Below, piece after piece: positions 58,526 to 64,000 of a stretch of DNA of 64,000 nucleotides (the stretch's first letter is position 1; each line of letters starts with the position of its first letter). The stretch is from an uncultured bacterium (GTDB lineage Bacteria > Verrucomicrobiota > Verrucomicrobiia > Limisphaerales > UBA8199), in contig CAVVMW010000006.1 of NCBI GenBank assembly GCA_963749495.1, positions 1 to 64,000 on the forward strand, in the 5' to 3' direction. Position numbers and translations under genes: made by a program. Below the pieces are notes generated by a model that worked only from the letters and a program-made list of their open reading frames with translations, did not search any database and was not told where the DNA came from.

Positions 58526-59974
58526 ATGAACACCCGCTCGCTCAAGTTCCGGTTGATCGCCTGGTACGCCGGGCTGCTGACGAGCGGTTTTGCCCTGCTG
58601 GGCGTGGTGACTTGCCTGGCGCTTGAGAGGTCGCTGGCCGGGTCGCTCAAGGAAAGCCAATTGCGTCGCGCGCGACAAGTCGGCCAATTGCTGCGCCAGG
58701 AAATCCAGCGCCACAGCGAGGGGCGGGTAGGGGAAGAGGTCGAGACACGTTACGCGCCCGGCCTCAACGACCGTTTGGTCCGCATCACCCGGCGTGACGG
58801 CGTGGTCCTTTACCTCTCTGAGCCGCCCAAGGACCAGAGCTTTGACCCGGCGTCGCTGCCGCCGCCGACTTGGCCGTCCGGGGACGAAACGGCCGTGCAG
58901 GCCCCGTTGCTGGGGGGCCGCAAGGTGTTGCTCACGTCCCACAAGGTCCAGGCGCCGGACGGGACGAGCTACGTGGTGGAGACCGGGGCGCCGATGGACC
59001 CGGTCCAGGCCGACTTGCGGAAGTGGCTGGGCTTTTTGCTGACCCTGCTTCCGGTGGTCGGGTTGATCGCGTTGGGCGGCGGCTACGTGCTGGTCAAGCG
59101 GTCACTCGGTCCGGTGGACCGGATTGCCGCCAGCGCCGAACGCATCAGCTCGCAGAACCTGGGCGAGCGGTTGCCGGTGGCGCAGACCGGGGATGAGCTG
59201 GAGCGGCTTTCTGTGGCGCTGAACCGGATGATCGAACGGCTGGAGCAGGCCTTTCAATATTCGCGCCGGTTTGTGGCGGATGCCTCGCACGAGTTGCGCA
59301 CACCGCTGACGGCCTTGCGCGGGGAGCTGGAGAGCCTGGTGCGGGAGCCGCACTGCACTACGGAATGGCGCGAGCGCCTGGGCAGCGCCCTCGAAGAAGT
59401 CGAGCGCCTGGGCAACATCGTCGAGGGCCTCTTCGCCATCTCGCGGCTGGACGCCGGCGAAGCCGCCGCCGAATGGGTCAACTTCGATCTGGGCCAGTTG
59501 GCGGCCGGGACAGCCGACCAGATGGCGCTTCTGGCCGAAGACAAGAAGATCCGGGTCACCTGCGCTCCGGCCAACGGGGTATGGGTGCAAGGGGATCGCG
59601 CCCGGATGAAACAAGTCATCGTGAACCTGCTCGACAATGCCATTAAGTACACGCCCGAGGGCGGCGCCGTCAGCTTGACGGCGCGCGCCCAGGACGGCAA
59701 GGCCGTGCTGGAGGTTGCCGACACCGGGATCGGGATTCCACCCGAGGCGCTGCCGCGGCTTTTCGAGCGGTTCTTCCGCGTGGACAAGACCCGCTCGCGC
59801 GAGCAGGGCGGGGCGGGACTGGGCCTGTCCATTGTCAAATCAATTTGCGCCGCCCACCAGGGGCGCGTTGAGGCCAGCAGCACACCCGGCCAGGGCAGCC
59901 GTTTCCGGGTGGAGTTGCCGCTGGCTGCAGCCACCGTGAACAACAACCCCAAGCCCAAGCACAATGAACATTGA
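58526..59974 (+). CDS. Heavy-metal-type HAMP sensor histidine kinase
   Basis: Two TM segments, HAMP, DASHELRTPL, NLLDNAIKY, DTGIG, GAGLGL. Confidence 0.93.
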   Translation: MNTRSLKFRLIAWYAGLLTSGFALLGVVTCLALERSLAGSLKESQLRRARQVGQLLRQEIQRHSEGRVGEEVETRYAPGLNDRLVRITRRDGVVLYLSEPPKDQSFDPASLPPPTWPSGDETAVQAPLLGGRKVLLTSHKVQAPDGTSYVVETGAPMDPVQADLRKWLGFLLTLLPVVGLIALGGGYVLVKRSLGPVDRIAASAERISSQNLGERLPVAQTGDELERLSVALNRMIERLEQAFQYSRRFVADASHELRTPLTALRGELESLVREPHCTTEWRERLGSALEEVERLGNIVEGLFAISRLDAGEAAAEWVNFDLGQLAAGTADQMALLAEDKKIRVTCAPANGVWVQGDRARMKQVIVNLLDNAIKYTPEGGAVSLTARAQDGKAVLEVADTGIGIPPEALPRLFERFFRVDKTRSREQGGAGLGLSIVKSICAAHQGRVEASSTPGQGSRFRVELPLAAATVNNNPKPKHNEH

Positions 59975-60365
59975 AACCCAGAAATGGTTGGACTGGCGCA
60001 TCGGGGCCTTGATTCTGCTGGCCGCCATTGCAATCCCCATCTGGCGCGCGACCACCAGCGCCAAGCCGAAGCTGCTCTCAGCAACGGAGGCCTATCCGAC
60101 GGTGGCGGTCGTCCCAGTGGAGCGGCGGGACCTCTTCAACGAAGTGACGTATCCGGCCGACTTCCGCCCTTTTGCCGAGGTCGAATTGCACGCCAAGGTC
60201 TCGGGGTATGTCCAGAAGATGTACGTGGACTTCCACGACCGGGTTCAGAAGGGCCAACTGCTGGCCACGTTGGAGGCGCCGGAACTGCAGGACCAACTCC
60301 ACAATGCGATGGCCCTGCAGCAAAAGGTGGAGGCCAAGCTGGAGCAATCGCTGGCGCAGCAATGA
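59964..60365 (+). pseudogene. RND membrane fusion protein, 3'-truncated
   Basis: LHAKVSGYVQKMYVD...KGQLLATL; only 133 aa. Confidence 0.8.
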
Positions 60366-60469
60366 GTTGATCTAATTGCTCTGAATCCACCATGTTTGCT
60401 CATTCGTCATTCGTCATTCGTCACTCCCCACCGTCGTGCCTTCCCACCGAGCCCCAGTGTAGGATCTGA

Positions 60470-60623
60470 CCGCGCCCGCTACAAGAGTGGAATCAGCTCC
60501 GTGGTCGAGCTCAACCAGGCCGAGCTGAACGAAATCTCCGCCGAGATCTCCTCCGCCAGCACTCAGTACCAGTACCTGCTCCGGCGCTCCGCCCTGAGCT
60601 TCCAGACCGGCTCGTTGCGCTGA
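60470..60623 (+). pseudogene. TolC C-terminal relic
   Basis: RARYKSGISSVVELNQAELN...LSFQTG. Confidence 0.7.
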
Positions 60624-60636
60624 GCGCGGGGTCCGC

Positions 60637-60705
60637 CGCACCACGATCAACTTGGCCCCGGCCGACGTGAAGAAGGAGGGGCCGAGTTTTGACCTGCCCA
60701 TCGCG
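60637..60705 (+). pseudogene. comM: comM/YifB internal fragment
   Basis: Translates as RTTINLAPADVKKEGPSFDLPIA, the ComM signature segment. Confidence 0.85.
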
Positions 60706-60819
60706 GGGGGACACAGGATCATGGGGCCGTGGGCGAACGATGTGACCGGTGACAGCAGCCCAGTTCAGCCGAGCTCCAAGCTGCCTTCGGGCGCTCCAGG
60801 CGTCGGCGCCCCCCATAGT

Positions 60820-60875
60820 TTCTCATAAAAGTCCTCCTCCGCCTTCTCAATCCATTCAAGCGCGAGTGGATTCAT
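60820..60875 (-). pseudogene. HEPN toxin N-terminal relic
   Basis: MNPLALEWIEKAEEDF overlaps the end of the MNT gene and is followed by unrelated sequence. Confidence 0.65.
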
Positions 60876-61176
60876 ACATGACCACCCCCTTCTCGGTGGC
60901 CTCGCGAAGGAAAAAGTCATTCCACTTCACGCGCCGGCGGACCTCCTGAGGGCTGCGAACAATGAGGTCGATGGGAAACCGGTGCTCAAGGCGGCTGGAA
61001 ATCTTGATGGCCTGGTCGGTGGCACGCCCTTCATGCGGCATAATCACCAGCAGATCAACGTCCGAATCCGGCGTCGGCCGGCCGTAGGCGTAGGAACCAA
61101 AAAGAACGATCGAGCGGGGACGAAACTCCCGGGCAATCTGGGCGCAGAGTCTTTTGATGTCACGCCGTTTAACCAT
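60856..61176 (-). CDS. Minimal nucleotidyltransferase (MNT antitoxin)
   Basis: IVLFGSYAYG...DSDVDLLVI. Confidence 0.9.
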   Translation of the reverse strand: MVKRRDIKRLCAQIAREFRPRSIVLFGSYAYGRPTPDSDVDLLVIMPHEGRATDQAIKISSRLEHRFPIDLIVRSPQEVRRRVKWNDFFLREATEKGVVMYESTRA

Positions 61177-61191
61177 TTTGGCGCCTCATGA

Positions 61192-62875
61192 CCTGAATTC
61201 CACGCCAAAAGTATACACTACATTAGTCATCTTGCTTTAGAAGTCTGGGGTTGATGGCCTTGAGAATGGCCTCCTGGCGTCTGCTGAGTGTGACCACGCG
61301 CGAGAGCTTGAACAGATGCTTTGAATCGCGCAGGTAGAACTTTGTACATGGTCGCCAGCTCCAGCAAAGCACTTTCGGCAGTGAAATCCGTGGTGCGCAG
61401 GCGGTATTGGAGTAAAGACAACAGCAAGTAGGCGAGATAGCAGACAAAAACGTGAGCGTGGACTCGCTCGGCCAGCCAGTGGCGAATCGGACGTAACTGA
61501 GTGATGCCTTTGAGACTGCGGAACGCCTTTTCGACGATGTCTTTGTCGAAATAGAGCGAGAGCATTTTGTCTTGGGGCAATGAGCGAGTGCAAAAGATGC
61601 AGGAGTACCCATCGAACTCCTCGACCGCAGCCAGTTTGCCTGAGAGCAGACGGCCTCGGCCATCAAAAAGGCGATCCAGTCCGGGCTTGATAGACTTGTT
61701 TTGGGCGAGAAGCTTTTGGGCGTACAGAATCTCATCGCGGCGCGACTCACGCGCATCTCGCTGCAAGCGTTCGTTAAAGCAAAGGGCCAACTGGCCGCGC
61801 ACCCCGTCCAGTTGATAGGGGCGAAGGCAGGTATAGAAGACGGTCTGACCGACCCGGTGGCGATAAGGCAATTGCATGAGTTGCTGGGGATTGGCCCACG
61901 GGCGCCAGAACTTCTTCAACGCGAGATTGAGGGGCACCGCGCACAGGGTATCCCAGTGCAAACGCTTGATATCGTTGAGGTTTCGACCGGAAACGATCCC
62001 TCGGTCGTAGATGAACAGCCCGGGGTCAAGCTGGTAACGAGCGAACAGGGTGACCAAGTCCTGCAAGGTGCGAGCGTCATGCACATTGCCGTCAAAAACC
62101 CGGTGGAAGAGGGGCAAACCTTCTTCCTGCGTCACCCCTAAACCAATTTGAATCAGGGGCCGGCCTTTGACCTCTTCCTTGTCCTTGCCGGGCTTGGCCA
62201 GGGGACAGTGGCGGCCATAGAGATAGGTGTTGGTGACATCATAGATCACCCCGGCGGGCCGCAGCCGGTACTGGCGGCAAACGCCCTCAAAGGGGCGCTT
62301 CTGCCAGGCTTGGGCGTCCAAAGCTTCCAAACTGTCCAAGGCACCGACCAAGCGCCGCTCGGTCAACCCCTCGAGGTTCAAGAGGAAGTTCAGGTCAGTA
62401 CGCTCGAACCAAGTGGGCATGTGGTTAAGGCTCCGGTAGTCCAGGCAGTGGGCGTACACCAGGCTGAGGATTTCCCGGCCATAGGCTCCCAAGAGGTCGG
62501 GCAATTGGATTTCGGTGGCCAACTGGTGCAGCACCAAGAGTGGACCGTAAAGTTTGACCTGTTCGACCTCAACGTCCGACATGGAGGCAGAGAGGACGGT
62601 GCGACCATCGCTTTGCTTGCCGACATAGCGGATGAAACGCTGCACGACCTTGTTTCCGACCCGGCAGCTTTCCACCTCGGCGAGGTAGGTTTTGCCGCCC
62701 TTTTTGATCTTGCGTATAAAGCTCATGTAGTGAATAATATAACCACTACCGGCGAGTAGCGCAAGCATTTTCTGAAAAAAAGAAAAACGCTTGGGAACCC
62801 TGTAAAATCAGCGTAAATTGAGGGTGGAGAGTCCCTCAACAATTTGTAGTGTATATTTTACGCGTGGAGGTCAGG
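61192..62875 (-). mobile_element. IS1634-like insertion sequence
   Basis: Imperfect 31-bp terminal inverted repeats at 61192-61222 and 62845-62875; flanks TCATGA and TCAGGA may be a 6-bp target duplication with one mismatch. Confidence 0.85.
61223..62726 (-). CDS. IS1634-like DDE transposase; frameshift near 61345
   Basis: MSFIRKIKK, IYDVTNTYLYG, FDGNVHD, YDRG, VEKAFRSLK, LRPIRH, HVFVCYLAY. Confidence 0.9.
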
Positions 62876-63424
62876 TCAGGAGCCGTTTGCAGTTTCTTGA
62901 ACTGCTTGGGCCACGACCGCGATGGCGCAAGACACATCCCATCTGCCCTGACAAACGCGCAAACGTTGGGCAATCGGTTCTTGCTGCAATTGGCCGACTG
63001 CGTGTAACGGCACCCAAAGGTCTGGTCTGCGGTATCTTTGGGATGTAGGGGAGCGTGAGGTCCTCTTGTCGTTCCGGTAGCCATAAACTGTGGTTGTTGC
63101 CAATGCTCGGCTTGTTCCTGCCAAATCCGTTTCTGGGAGAATACATCATGTTTGTCGCCATCGCCACCAGGATTCGGGAGATTGGACGGCGTCAGGGCAA
63201 ATCAAAAACCACCTCCCCTTCAAGTGGATGCCGGCGATAGACCCACGTTCGTGCTCCTGGACAAGCATAAACTCATCGCCGAAGCCTGAGAAGGAGTGAG
63301 GCCAGGATGCCATTCGTATAATAACTGGTTCTGGTTATTACAACAACTGGCATTCGATCTGGAATGGGCCGGAATTGCCCCTCAGAACGATCGAGGGCCT
63401 GTTCCGCTATCGTCGGAAACCTCC

Positions 63425-63724
63425 TCATCCCCTCAGCCCCTCCCGCTGGCCCCTGAGACCTGAATAGTTGCGTCTGAATAACCTTCTGCTCGCCACTCGC
63501 ACGAAGAACCGACTCCGGCGAAACACAATGACCGGCACGACGGCGATTCCAACCAAAAACACGACCATTTGCGGAATTGACGCCCAGGGGAGTTTGCTGC
63601 TGTCGTTACCGGCAAGCAGGCGTAGCGGCAAATAAACAACCAGCGCAGATATTTGAACCGCTATGATGATGACAAGACCGAAGATCCATTCCGTGAAACT
63701 CGGCCATTTGATGAAACGCTTCAT
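63425..63724 (-). CDS. Small hypothetical membrane protein
   Basis: Two hydrophobic segments; lower GC than the flanking DNA. Confidence 0.5.
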   Translation of the reverse strand: MKRFIKWPSFTEWIFGLVIIIAVQISALVVYLPLRLLAGNDSSKLPWASIPQMVVFLVGIAVVPVIVFRRSRFFVRVASRRLFRRNYSGLRGQREGLRG

Positions 63725-64000
63725 AGGGTTAGAGAACACGCTGAACGTTGCGGCTCACCTACCGCTGCTCGGAGCGGACGGTGAGCGCAAAAGCGACAAC
63801 CACATTTGAGCCGACCAGTTGAAGAACCGTGGAGTATCCTGGTTAAGGCTGATAGGTCTGGCATAGCTTCTTCGAAAGTCGGGTTTTGTTTGAGTCAGTG
63901 GCGCGTGTTTCGGTCCCGGTCATGATCCGGTCGTCGCCGGTCCCATACTGCACCCTTGCTGCGGCTTGGCCTTCAGGGTCTTGGCCCGGGCCATCACGCC

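Noticed and set aside
60410..60425. Short tandem repeats (TCATTCG)n here and similar ones at 18345 and 40549 as contingency loci
   Set aside because: They are intergenic, low-copy and not demonstrably inside a promoter or ORF.
2085..61345. About ten single-base frameshifts (integrase twice, HAF2, FG-GAP, DUF3034, DUF3347, cusA, IS1634 transposase, possibly PilX and the antitoxin) as programmed frameshifting or phase variation
   Set aside because: They are scattered over unrelated genes, often at short homopolymers, with no shared slippery motif and intact flanking frames. Long-read indel error is the simplest explanation; read polishing would settle it.

Overview
GC-rich bacterial DNA. Gene families and intergenic repeats point to Verrucomicrobiota, Pedosphaera/Limisphaerales-like (inference). 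The window is an accessory mosaic. (1) 0.1-2.8 kb: an IS91-type HUH transposase plus tyrosine recombinase element sitting inside a REP-like hairpin. (2) 2.9-20.5 kb: two ECF sigma / Ser-Thr kinase-WD40 modules with secreted repeat proteins (HAF-like, Ig/FG-GAP/UnbV, GloVer) and a GH53. (3) 21.6-32.8 kb: a minor-pilin/PilC cluster interleaved with output-less REC/Hpt-like regulators. (4) 33-35 kb: yezD, a cysK relic and a DUF3034-like outer-membrane protein. (5) 35-60.6 kb: a heavy-metal island with cusCBA-like genes and an embedded TA pair, a PadR-RND-DoxX-cupredoxin-chrA operon, a nonaheme cytochrome c, a cnrYXH-like ECF system and a sensor kinase. (6) 60.6-64 kb: a comM scrap, MNT/HEPN, and IS1634. 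Two ECF promoter motifs can be read directly from the DNA, each in three identically spaced copies. About ten genes carry single-base frameshifts (probably sequencing errors) and about a dozen are internally deleted relics. No rRNA, tRNA or CRISPR array was seen. All family calls come from motif recognition by eye, not from database searches.
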